From assembly GCA_965178125.1 (NCBI GenBank), contig OZ237744.1, positions 558,001 to 622,000 of the forward strand: 64,000 nucleotides of DNA, written 5' to 3'. Source of the DNA: Bilabrum cf. latius (taxonomy: Eukaryota). The notes below the pieces were generated by a model that worked only from the letters and a program-made list of their open reading frames with translations, did not search any database and was not told the DNA's origin. The first letter of the stretch is position 1; every line of letters starts with the position of its first letter. Shown here in pieces: positions 47,170 to 59,248 of this stretch. Both the position numbers and the translations under genes were made by a program.

Positions 47170-50100
47170 TCACAAAGGCTTGCCTGCGACAAGCGATACG
47201 AACTCCATTAGAGCTCCAGCCTAGTCCTTTTCCGACATCCCCGATTGAAATGCTCTTTGTACCATCGGTAAGGCCGCCTCTACCATTGCCTGCATGCTGG
47301 GCTGCTGCTCTTTGCCGCTTAGTCCTGACTGCGTACTCGCCGGCCGGTGGGATGTGCTGCGCCCATCCGAAGCTGCGAGCACGTGCCTTACTTCGCGCTC
47401 CATTGCCTCGGCTGCATTTCCTGCAATTAGTGACCTCGCGCGGATCCGGTCTCTGCGAGATCTCGTTTTCGATTCAACCCACTGCTGTGCTACAACAGTC
47501 GTCGAGTCGTCACTCTACCCGTTCCCGTCGTGCAGTAGCGTAAGCGCCCTCCTAGCCTTAAGCAACACCGACAAATTACCCCAATTAGCCTATGCTCTGG
47601 ACCTTGAAGCGTTGGAGCGCCGTCGCAACAGCCTTCCGACCTGGCGAATCAGTCGACTGTGCTGCAAAGAGCCTAATGGAGCCTGTTCTCCGAGCAGGCC
47701 AAGCACTGGGGCTGTAGTCGTGATCGAAGCGCTATTCGGATCCACAAACGGGCGCACTACTATAGGCGCTGATGCAGCGTCCTCTGGACCATCGTACGGG
47801 GGCTTTCCAAGCACTGCTGCTTGATACCCGGCAGCCCTGGCTCGATCAGATAAAGTGGAGCTTGGCCGTGCCCCCTCTCGTTGCCTTGAAGGTGACAAGC
47901 GAGTACGACGTCGCGATGGCGAAGGGTGCCCCGCGGCTGACCCGTCGGTCCTGCGCGCAGTCGTAGTTGATGGCGATAAAGCTCGGCCGCGCACAGGACT
48001 ACGGCTGTTAGCGTGTTGAGAACCTCGTCGAAGAGAGCGCGATGGGCTGCCCTTGATCCTAAATGAGGACGGTTCCAGCGGTGCTGCATTCGCTGGAGCT
48101 CCTGGAGTCCGGCCGGCTTCAAGCTGCTCAAGCAGCAGGGCGCATCGGTCTTGCAGCATTTCTTTCTCAACTCGAACCCGCCGATACTCTGCTGCGATGG
48201 ATTGCTGCTGTGCCTGCATTGCCCTGAGCTCCACAACAAGCTCCCTGTTTGCAACATGCAGCGATTGAATTGCCGAATCGGCTGCGTTCTGCTTGGCTGC
48301 CAGCGTCACTGCTAGCACTCCAGACGCCGGTTCATTTTCACTAACTAGGCTCGCTCGCATCGGTGAGCTCGGGGGCTGCTGTGACAGCATTTGATCCTGT
48401 TGCGATCCACGGGCTACCTTTGACAAGGCCCGGAGAGAGTCGCTCTGTCGGATACCTTGCCGAGCAGAGCTGCCACGAAGCTCCAGAAGTACTTCACTTG
48501 GTTTGCTAGCATCGAATACCTTGCGGCTTCCACTTGTGGTGCTCTTCGATCGGTTTGTTGCGGTGGACGATTCTTGCGGTACTGTACCACCTGCGTCAGC
48601 AGCTGCGAGGCGTTCCTTCGCCCTTGGGTCAAGAAGTAGCTCGGCTTGCGACAAATGCGCCATCTTCAAGCGCCGTTGTCGCTGGGGTCCCGGCTTCAAA
48701 CGCAATGAGCCACGTGGTTGTGGCACCGTGGGAGGCCGCGGAAAATACTCTGAGCTCGAGGCGTCTACAGCAGCGATACCGCCTTGCCGCGATGATGCAC
48801 CGCGCGGAGGCTATGCAGACTCTTCGACGAGTCTTCCAGCTGTTGACTTGGCAAGGTCACTCTGCCTAGTGGATGACCCGTGCCTTACCTATGCCGTGGT
48901 CTGAGGCCTAGCAGGTAGACCAATGCGGTCACCAACAACGGTGCCCACCGACACTGCCGCTGCTGTGTCAGGTCTCTCAAACTGCACAGATGGCAGACCA
49001 GAGCTGCCTCGACCTCTGAGGTTTGGAGTCTGTCTGGTTCCGAACGGAGAGGGCTGCCGCGCGGCTGCGCTGCGGATCGCCGTGGAGAGTCTGCGGTCAA
49101 GCACGGACTCTACTTGCTCGAGATCCTCATTTATGACAACTCCGCCACCGTCATGTACCCCTCGTGATGCGAGTTCCGCACCGCCGTACGTGGGTGGAGG
49201 CATCAGTACTGCATTCGCAATCCTGTCCAAGAGCACCAGTTGGCGCTATGCCAGGTCATCAGGCAGCTACAATATGACTGCTTTGGCAAGCTCAATTACG
49301 CCCGATGAGCCACGCTGCAGGGCATCCAGCAGCATGTCAGCTGCCATGGATCGACCAATCCTGGCTGCTTCGTGCTAGCTAGCCTCGCGTTCTGGTGCAT
49401 ACCTCGTGTTCACGCCTACGTCCCTCACCATTGGCCTTGTCCCGTGGCTGGAGTTGCGAAGTAGTGCTCCTGGCGCACGGATACTGCTTGAAGAGGACAG
49501 CAGGCTCCGCCGGTTGGCCAGCCGCTCTGCAGCACGAAGCCGCCTAGCAGCCACTTCATCAGCGCTTGCCTGGCCACCTTGAAACTCACTATGTTTGCTG
49601 GTTTCATCAATTTCGGCCAAAATATCCCTGGGTTCGCCAAATACCACGGACTGCTGCGTGTGATCCAGTCCTGTTCCCCGGCTCCAAGGCTAGGCCAAGT
49701 TGCCTTGCTCGTCTGGTTTTGCAACGCTTAGGGACAGCGCAGATCCTTGCGCGACGTGGGCAGCGGCAAGTGCAGTTGACACCTGCAGCGACAGAGCTCG
49801 GGTTCCCCTGGACACAGCGCGCGACAGGGAACTAGATGCTCCTGATGAGGACCCTGGTGATCCTCCGGCCGGCCCTTGTGGCACCTCTGGGATCCGCCCA
49901 AAGGCCGGGCCATCCACAATTTCAGCCGATTCTCGAAATATCCCGCGACTTCCTCGGGAAGAACGTCTGGTATCAGGCCGGCTGGGCGGTGGTGCATAAG
50001 ATATGGCGTCACCTACTGCGCTGTCTCTGTCGCTGTGTGTGCGAGCCCTCGGTGGCTTCTACGCGGGGCTTTTGATGCTGCTCTAAGCAAGCGGCGCAGA

Positions 50101-53100
50101 GGCACCCGATTTCCTGGCGCCTGCATCCACAATACCAAGTGATGTTGCACCACCTTTAAACGTTGGAGTCCAGTCTTCATGGCTTGTAGTAGATGGATCC
50201 GGTCGTTCCTAAGGTGTGGCGACCGCAGCAGTACCGAGAGCCCCGGTGGGACTATCAGGGTCCAAGAAGTTATCTCGTTCTTCCACCGCGGTCACGTGAA
50301 CACCATCAGTCTGCACAGGCACCTACACATTACTCGTGTTGCTACCAAGCTCGTCACCTGCGGTCCGACCCGTGCTTTTGGAACCAGGCGGCGACCAGTC
50401 TTCGCCCCGCTGTCGGGGACGGGCACTTGCAACCTCCCTGCCTTGCATACTATTGCGGTTGCCAGATCGCGACCCAACAAAGGTTCGGGCAAGGGCAGAC
50501 TAGGCCCGATATGTGTCAGTACCGACGGATGCGGCAATGGCTTTTGCTGCGTCGCTTTCTGCCGAAGCGGCCAGCAGCATTGCCAGTTCGGTTTTTCGCT
50601 CATATTGACGAGCGACTCGCCTCACAGCAGATTTCACCCTCGAGCCTATTGCAGTTCTAGCTCTAACCTGCACAGCTACACGCCGAGCTTCCTCCTTGAA
50701 TTGACCGCGCCGTGAAGCCGCCTCCAGCTGGCGCTGCCATCGGCGAGCAGTGGTCAGCACGCCACGAGAATCAGCATCTGCATTGCCGTCACCGCTCTCA
50801 GTTGGCCCGGTATCCGAATTGAACCAGTCTAGGGCCTACTGCTTGGACTCTGCCTCCAACAATCTTGCATTAATGGCTGCACGTCTCTCGCGTTCCTCAC
50901 AAAGCTACTGCTCTGTCTACGACAGCTGCTAGGAAAGATGTGCGACACGGGCAATGGCGGTACTTTCCACGCCGACCAGCTTCTCCAGCGCTCTATGAGC
51001 TGCTGCACGTTGTGCTGCTTGCTTGTCTTCGCTAGAAGGATCAACCGACGACCCATCGGACGCAGCATCAATTCCTATCGCCGAAGAATCCGGAGAACCT
51101 TTGCCGGATTTCGCAGCGCTCTCGTCCTCGTGCACGCCTGCACCGCCAGCATCAGAGGCGCTGTCCGAAGTGATTGCTCGTTCAAGCTCCAGAGCTTGCC
51201 CTTCGGCCATCTTGCGAACATGTCGAGCAAATCGACCAAACGTGTTGTCGAGCTGCATCCGCTCAAACGCGACCTCCTTGTCCGCCTCTTCTCTGGCAGC
51301 TGCGATCGCACTGCTCGCCTTGGCTTGCTCCTCTGCTAGTCTAGCCTCAAGGTGCTAGATGGAGTCCATTGCTTTTCCAAGCTGGTGCTGCAGCCCGCGC
51401 ACGACTACTTCCGGAGCTTCAATGCCCCCTATGGTTGGAAGCTCTGGCATCGAAGCCAAACCGTCTGCCGCGGGGATCGACGACATCGAAGACCCTTGTC
51501 CCTCGCGGTCCATGGTGCTGAAGCTTCCCTTCCTCGCTTTGCGATCACTACGAGGTGACTAAGAACGATGCTTGCTCCCCCTCGGCGACTTAGCCTTACC
51601 TTTCTTTCTAGATCCAGAGACAGGGCGGCTCCTTGCGAGCCGAGTTCCAACCACCCTGCTGGACGGTCGCACACCACTGGCTGACCTGCTGGAATCCTGC
51701 GATACCAGCGACTCCGCCGAAGGTGCCGGGTTCAGTAACTAAGGGGCTGATGGAACGCCAGTCAAGAACGTTGCTCCCTCCCCTTGATGGTTCACTTGCT
51801 CATTGGACGCGGTAGCCCCTAGAACCGCTACGCTGGCCGTGGTGCTCTCGGGGCAGTCCACCGTCCACCCTTTCGGGTGCTGCTCCGCCTCCGCGGCATT
51901 CTCAAACAGGTCATGAGAGCTGGCTGCCCTGCCAAACCCAAACGAACTGCTACTTGCAGCTACGACCGACCGTCGACGAGCCTTTTCCATCATGCGCTCA
52001 GTAACTCTGTGCACCACATCGTGCACGCTGCTCCTTCGGCTCGAACTCGTGCCCCTGGCCGCCCCAAAGCCAGCAAAGGACTCGCCATCCTTAGGGTCCT
52101 TGGATAATGACAGGCCCGTAGCGCGCAGAATCTACTCCAAGCTCGCTCGTCGGCTGCGGTACTCGTCGAGCAGCTCTGTGACTCGCTCCCTGCTGGGCAG
52201 TCGCGCCTCCAGGAACGACTGCAACGAATCTTCAACTTTGCGAGCCTCGTCGTCACGTTCTTTGAGCTGAGAGGCAAACTCATCCCGTTGTGCCTTCAAT
52301 CGCTCCTAGAGACCTTCTATCTGCGAAGAAAGCTGCATGATGCGACCGGATGCCCTTGCGTCGGCGTGGGCCTGTTGGGCATCGCTAATTCGCCGCAGCC
52401 GGTCCTTGAGCATTGCGGCCTCTGCCTCTGCCTTCTCTGCTCTCTCATGAGACTGCAAAGCCCGCTAGACCTAATCGTTCCACTCCGCCCGACTAATCAT
52501 GTTGTTTTGGTCCAACAGCTGCTTTTCCACCCTACCGGCGCGTGCGTCTGCTGAAGCAAGTGCGCGCCTAAGCTCTGCGTTGGCCTCCTCAGCCTGGTGC
52601 AGCTCAACCTGAACCGTCTCTGTCGAGTGCACCTGCTTAGAGAGAAGCTGCTTGCACTGTGTCAGCTTGCTTCCGAGGTCTCTAGCCCGTGCCGACAGCC
52701 TGTCGACCATCCCCGCGGAGGCCTTCATGGTGTCGCGCACGCGCTGCAGTTCCTCCCGAAGAGCAAGGCCGCGCCTTCCCTCGCTAGCCATGGCCTCCAG
52801 CTCAAAGAGAGCGTCCACACATTCCCCAAACAGCGATCGCAGCTGCTTTGCTGCGTCCTCCTTTGATGCCTTGGACTCCTGGACTAGCTCGTCCAGCTGC
52901 TTGCGCCTGGCATCGAAGCGCGCCACCGCAGAAGAGCTAGCCAAGGCGTCGACGCTCGTGGCAGTTGACCCCTTCGCGGATATTGCATCGTCCGCCTCTC
53001 TGTGACTAGCAAGGTTGCGCACCGTTGCTTCAAGTGCGCTCCGCTGGGCCGCGGCCCTGCCCCTGTGTTCAGCAAGCAGGCCGAGCACCTCTTTCCTAGA

Positions 53101-54045
53101 AGTCTCCAGCTGTGCCCGAGCGATAGCATGTCGCTTCTTGTCATCAGCAGCTCCCGTGAGCGTGGACGACCGCGGCCCTTCTTCGTTCCCGTGCGCGCCG
53201 TCGGATGCACTGTCGACCGGTACGATGCTAGAGCCTACGATGCCCCTGCCTACGCCATGGTCCCTGACGTACATCGAGGAGCCGAACGTTCCTTGCACGC
53301 TACTCTTCGAGGCGGCTGCGCCTATATTGATGCCTAGGGCGCCGTGCTCGCGTTCGATCGCGGTGTCAACGGCTCTGGCTGACTCCCTGTACCGCTCCAT
53401 CGCCAGGTCTGCCTCCTCTTGTAGACGCGCTGTCCGCGTTCGCAACAGCTCCTACTCTTGCTATACTCTCTGGCGGTGGGCAGTTTGTGCCCGCACGCGC
53501 TCGTCCAAATCGTCAAACTTTCTGGCGACCGAATTCGCCAGAGTCGATTCTTTTCCAATGAAGCTATCCCCGCCAATGATGATCGAGCTGGACATGTGGG
53601 ACCGTCTCGTTTCCATCATGCCTAGGCTATCAACGCTCTCTCGTTTCGACAGGACTGCATCGTCGCTATCGGAATCCGCATTGGCCGAGGCTCGAGGAGT
53701 GGACTACGTGGTGTGCGGTCTCTGTCTTGACGGAGATGGCTGGCTGCGGCGCAAACCTCCTGGCCGACTCGACCTTGAAGCCATGAACTTCTTTCTTACG
53801 CTCTTTGGAACCTTCTTGCGTATACCCTTTGGATTATTTGACACACTGGCCTGATATTGTTTCCTCATCCTCGGCAGTCTAGATTCAGAGGCCTCAGAGG
53901 TCATTGATTTCTGCGGAGTAGAGCCGGCCTTGCTTCTTGCAGCAGCCATGGCCGCCTCCCTTCTTGCTTTCTGCGGTTCTAGGGCATGATCGACCATATA
54001 TGAAGGGATGCCATAGTTTAGAAGTTTCTGCTTTGCCTGTCTCAT
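47170..54045 (-). CDS. Large (~2,290 aa) coiled-coil/low-complexity protein of unknown function
   Basis: Ten ORF-track fragments from 53704..54057 to 47221..47403 share one frame. The junctions I checked contain only TAG. ATG 54045, TGA 47170. E/Q/R/A/L-rich heptad-like stretches. Confidence 0.7.
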
Positions 54046-54176
54046 TGATTCATGCACAATTCCTTAAAGTGAGTTGCGTCCGTTGGATGGTCGCAACGAA
54101 CGTTCCAGTGAACGGCGGTCGCACGTGCTGCGCAGCACGCCACACGACATCTATAAATAGCCCCATGGCGGGCAGC

Positions 54177-56855
54177 TTACTTCTTCGATTTCCCTTTCCT
54201 TCCGCCCCCCTTCCCCTTCTTTCCTCCAAGCGCGCCGCCCACGGCCTTCTCTTGAACAACAGCCTTGCCCTCCTTCGACTCTGCCTCGGCCACTGCAGAT
54301 GCTTCAGCTTCCGCCCCGCCGGATGCGGCCCCCGACTGCACTACGGCCTGCACGGAGGCAGGGGCGTCACCTTTTCCGCTCATGAAGTCTCCCATCGCCG
54401 CCTCGGGAAGCCCCAGAGGAAGACTTGCCTCCACTCGGAAGTTGGGGTCGCGGGAACGGGCCGCCCGAATGGCCGCTACAAGTCCAGCGTCTGTGACGAG
54501 TGGGAGATGTGCAGCGCCCAGGAAAGAGACCTGCTTGCAGCCCTTTGCCACCGTCATGAGTCCTTCGTCTGTCACCTGCGGGCAGCCAGCGATGACCAGC
54601 TGAACCAGCCGACCGCTGCTCGGACCCCTCGTGATCTGCTCCAAGCCGGCGTTGGTGAGTCCAGCCAGGCCCGGGATATGCAAGCTGTGCAGACGGGTGC
54701 AGTGGCGCACGATCCAGCCGACGGCAGCGTCACCGTAAGGAACAGTCTCTGGCCTGCTCCTCTTCTTGCCCCCCTTGCCTCCCTTCTTCTTGCTGGGCTG
54801 CTGCGCTGTGGCGGGTTTGCCGTTGCTCTTGGGCGCACCGCCCTTGCCAGCGCCACCCTTCTTCTTCCCGCCCTCCTGACCGCCCGCCTTCGGGCCGTTG
54901 GTAGACGCCCCGCCAGAGCCAGAGGCGGCGGCCTTCTTCTTGCCTCCCCCCCTCCGCCTCCTTCCCCGCCGTTTGGTGGCAGCAGCCGCGTCCGCTCCGC
55001 CAGCCAGTAGCTCGTCCGCCCCATGGGTCGGCATCACCCCAAGCTCGCTGCGGGCAGCAGACGGCGGGGCGTCGATGGCGCGGGCGACACGGTACTCCAC
55101 CTGCTGGTGGTTCCTGAGAGTGGTCACGCCTGCGATCAGGACCTCGAGCCTAGTGCAGCCCCTCGCCAGCACCTCGAACCCCTCGTCCGTCAACCCCTCG
55201 CAGCCCGAGACGTCCAGGCGGGTAAGGTTCTGGGAATAGGTCGCCAGCACACCGAGGGCAGCCGACGTGATAGAGCACCCTTGCAGGGACAGGTCCAGCA
55301 TGGACCGACCGGTGCCGAGCATCACGCTGCCAACGCCATCGTTGGTCACAGAGGGATTGCCCGCAAGAGACAAGCGGATGAGTCGGGGCGAGCGGTAGGC
55401 GAGCGTGCACAGCGACTCGTCGCTGATGCCGGTATACGACAGGTCCAGCGCACGCAGGCCGCGCAGCCGAACGAACATCGCGCCCAGAGCGAGGTGCGCG
55501 AAGCCGCGCAGCGGCCCGTGGCTGATATCCAGCGAGGTTAGGTTCGGGCATCCCTGCGAGATGGCTGCGAGAGACGCGTCAGAGAGCGCGCCGCACTGGC
55601 GGAACTGCAGTGACGTCAGCGAAGTACACTGGGGCTGCACCTCCTCCACCACGTTCTCCACTCTGATCCCCTCACACTGGAGCTGCCTCAAGTGCGGGCA
55701 GTCCGACAGCAGCGCAGCCACGCCGTCACCCGTCACGGAGGGACAGTACTGCACGGCAATCGACTCGAGATCCTCGCAGCACTCTGCGATCTCCTCCAGG
55801 CCCTCGTCGGTGATGCCCAGAGCGTAGGACACGTCTAAGCGGTGGAGGTACTCGAGGTGCTGAGCGATCTGGGTGAGGGAGTCGTCGGTCAGCCTGGGAC
55901 AGCGACTGAGCACCAAGATCCTCATGTCCCGGCAGGACCGCGAGAGCTCCTGCACCCCGGCATCTGAAATCCGCACGCACCCGTCTGCGTTGAGCATACG
56001 CAGCCGAGGGCAGCTCCGTCCGATCAGGGCCACGGCCTCGTCGCCCAGGTTGCAACCGCCCACGTCCAGGGCGAGCAGGTCTCTACAGCTCTGCACCAGG
56101 GCGTCGATGCCCCGGTGCGTGACGAGTGGGGACGAGACCTTGACGTAGGAGAGGAACGAGTGGGACGCGCCGAGCGCCTCGAGCCCCGCATCGGTGATCT
56201 GGCACCTGCTCGCGTCTAGCCTGGTCAGATGAGGACAGGCGGATAGTGCACTGAGCCCTCGATCCGTGACTCGCGGTGCAGACCGATCAGAGACACTCGC
56301 TCGCACAACCGGCGGCCCCGGTTGATCGGCTCCTGACGGAGCGGTTGAAGATCCTGCCGAAGGCAATCCAATGGAGCTGGTGTCCGCGACTGCACGCTTC
56401 ACCAGCTGCAGGGCATCGCCCATTTCAGCGCGTTCAGTGTCACCTTCGGCAGATGCTGCTTCGCTTGCACTCCCAGATCCTACCGTCTCGACAGCCTTGA
56501 CCGCGCTTCCGGCCGGGACAGCGATCGTAGGCGGGTGGTGCGAATGCTGCTCTTGCACGAATTCGTCCGCGATGAGAACTTCTAAGTTGGGGCATTTGCC
56601 ACCGATAGAGGCGATGGCATCGTCCGAAACGAAACAGCCGCGAGTGCTAATGTCGTGGATGTGTCGGCCATGGGCTGACACAACCCAGTCCAAAAGTTTC
56701 GGGACCTTCCTCGGAGGCGCTGCCCCCATCGAACCAAAATCAACTGCTCTCCAGTTCCTGTCGTCATCCAAGGCATCGCGCCAACCTTTCGATACCAGCC
56801 GCAGCTGCACTCTTTCGCAGAGCGGGAAGAACTAGAACACGCTTGACATTGCCAT
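54177..56855 (-). CDS. F-box/LRR-repeat (FBXL-like) protein
   Basis: F-box-like 'VF[TAG]FFPLCERVQLRLVSKGWR' followed by many cysteine-containing LRRs ('ITDxGLxxL...CxxL'). Ends at TAA 54177. 5' end uncertain. Confidence 0.9.
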
Positions 56856-57050
56856 GGCGTTTTACCCTTTGAAACACCAAAAATTGCGTTGTTTTAGATC
56901 GAATCCAGGATACAGCTGCCAAAAATTCTTGGCAAACGTTTGATCGGGGCCGATATTTCTTGCAAAGGAGCGCATGGAGGCCAGGCTGTTCTTTTGTAAG
57001 GCGCACTTTCAAATCAATCGAAACAGCAAGTTTAGCACTGTATTGATAGC

Positions 57051-59114
57051 ATGCGGTGCGCCAGAAGAACAAGGGAGCTGCTATAGTCGTATTCTAGGTT
57101 TTTACTCCAAGGTAGCGGCAGGTCACTTCGTTATGCATCTTTGTCACTTCGACAACAGTTACTTCAGTACCCCAGGCGGAGCCCGAAGTCCTCGCATGCA
57201 TTTTCTTCCCGTGTGCACGGAATAGGCATATCTACCCATGCATTGGGCAAACTAAGTATAAGATAGTTTGTATCAAGTACTGCTCTGGCTGCATCCAATG
57301 TTTAGAATCCGACAGAAAAGGCACGCCGTCTGGCTGCTGCTAAGCCTTCGCTGCCCAAGAAGTTAGGTATTCGCCGGAGGAAGATTGGAAGAATACACCC
57401 CCCGACACGACCTGCTGAAGAGGTGTCTGAGGATGCAGCTAGAATGGCGAAATGGGTACAGGAATCAGGTGGAAGCAAGAAGAGTTCCGTGTCAACGGTT
57501 GCTCTTGCTTTGGCCGGCAACTCAGTGATAACAGTGCTGAAATTTATCGTGTGGATCCGCACCGGCTCCAGTGCAATGTTCGCTGAAGCAATTCATACGC
57601 TCATGGATTCTGTTAACCAGAGCGTGCTCCTGCTGGGGCTCCGACATTCGTCGGCTGCACCGGACTCCAGGCATCCGTACGGATACGGCAGGGCAGCTTT
57701 CTTCTGGGGACTAGTCAGCGCCTTAGGGACATTTTGGTGCGGCGCGGGAGTAACGACAGTGCATGGGCTCATGCAGCTGGCGAACGTGGTGCGAGGCGAG
57801 CCAACGGAAGTGCTGGTGAACTGGGAATCTTGGGCTGTTCTAGCTGCATCCCTCGCAATTGATGGGGCTGTGCTCGTGCAAGCGACCCAGACTCTTTTTA
57901 GGAGAGCAGAAGCCGAGGATCCAGGAGCTGCTGCTGTGATTCAGGAGGCGGTGCAGGAGGTTTTGGCACAAGGCAAGCAGCAGCAGCAGCAGAGCCAGCA
58001 GCAGTAGCATTCATCTGGGTCTGACGGGTAGGAGCAGGCAGCATCGACCGATAGCACCCGATCAGTGCAAGCCGTGTAGCCTAGTTTATCAAGCGGACAA
58101 GGTGGAATGCCTGCGCTACCGCATGCCAGGCGCTGGCCGCTGGGACCGAGGCTACTGGAGGGGCTGTCCCAAGGCTGGATGCATGAGGACGTGGCAAACA
58201 GCGGCGCATCGTGGCCTGTGCGCACGAAGGCATAGATCCTCCGAACATGGATGCGATTTAAGCTTTTATACAGGCACCTGATGACGACAAATGATCCGTT
58301 TGTGGTGGCTGTGTTCCTGGAGGACTCGGCTGCGTGCCTGGGTGTCATCCTTGCCGCTGGCGGGATCGCACTGACACACATCACCGCGAACCCAGTCTTC
58401 GACGCGCTTGCTTCCATTTGTATCGGGGGCCTTCTCGGGGGTGTGGCTGTGCGCATGGTCAAAATGAATCAAACATTCTTATTGGGCCAGTCAGTGGATG
58501 CCGAGACAGAGCATGACATCCGTGACATGATCGATGCATGGCCTTCGATAGAGCATGTGGGCGAAGTGCAGACGCAGTGGCTGGGACCGAAGGCCTTTTC
58601 GTTCAAGGCAGAAGTGGATTTTGACGGGACGTGGCTCGCAGCCAAGCTGCATTCTGAGTACCAGAACCATTTCTTGCAGTCCAAGGACCTTGCTGCGGAT
58701 CTGCCAGTCCTGCTATCGTACTACGCCGAGGATGTGACCCGTGTCGTTGAGCGAGAGCTCAAGGACGTGGAAGATACTATTCGATCCAGGTATCCACATG
58801 CTGCCTTCATCGAACTGGAACCGGATAGCACGGAGAGCGACAGGCACATGGTGCAGGACATGGGGGACGAGCGCAAGAGGGCAACGGAGCGCAGATTCAT
58901 CATGCGGGCCTTCACCGATGTGCTTGCGCAACGACGAGCACGGAAACCGGACGACCCGAACGTCGACGCCGAGCAGCAAGTGCTGAAGGAGTGGTTCGCT
59001 AAGGCACAGCACGGGAAGGAAGATTTCCCTAGTGATAATCGCAACGCGTCGGGGGGCTAGGCTGGGGCAGACGAGAAGAGTATGGACTTGATCAAGCGCG
59101 GGGGAGTGGAGTAA
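57051..59114 (+). CDS. SLC30A9: Cation diffusion facilitator, ZnT9/SLC30A9-like, with probable mitochondrial presequence
   Basis: 'SAMFAEAIHTLMDSVNQ', 'HPYGYG', 'VFLEDSAA', 'LLGQS', 'FKAEVDFDG'. One frame from ATG 57051 with 8 TAGs; ends at TAA 59112. Confidence 0.85.
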
Positions 59115-59248
59115 TGGTCTGGTGCGCTGATATGGACGCATATGTCCGGTACAGCCATTGTAGCCATTGTTCAGAAAAAATAAACATATGAGTAGCGATA
59201 GCAAGATTTTTTTTTTATAAAAAAGGCGATAAAACAGCAAAAGTAGTT

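Noticed and set aside
59205-59226. T-run/A-run as a rho-independent terminator
   Set aside because: In a eukaryotic context this is simply an AT-rich spacer between convergent genes.
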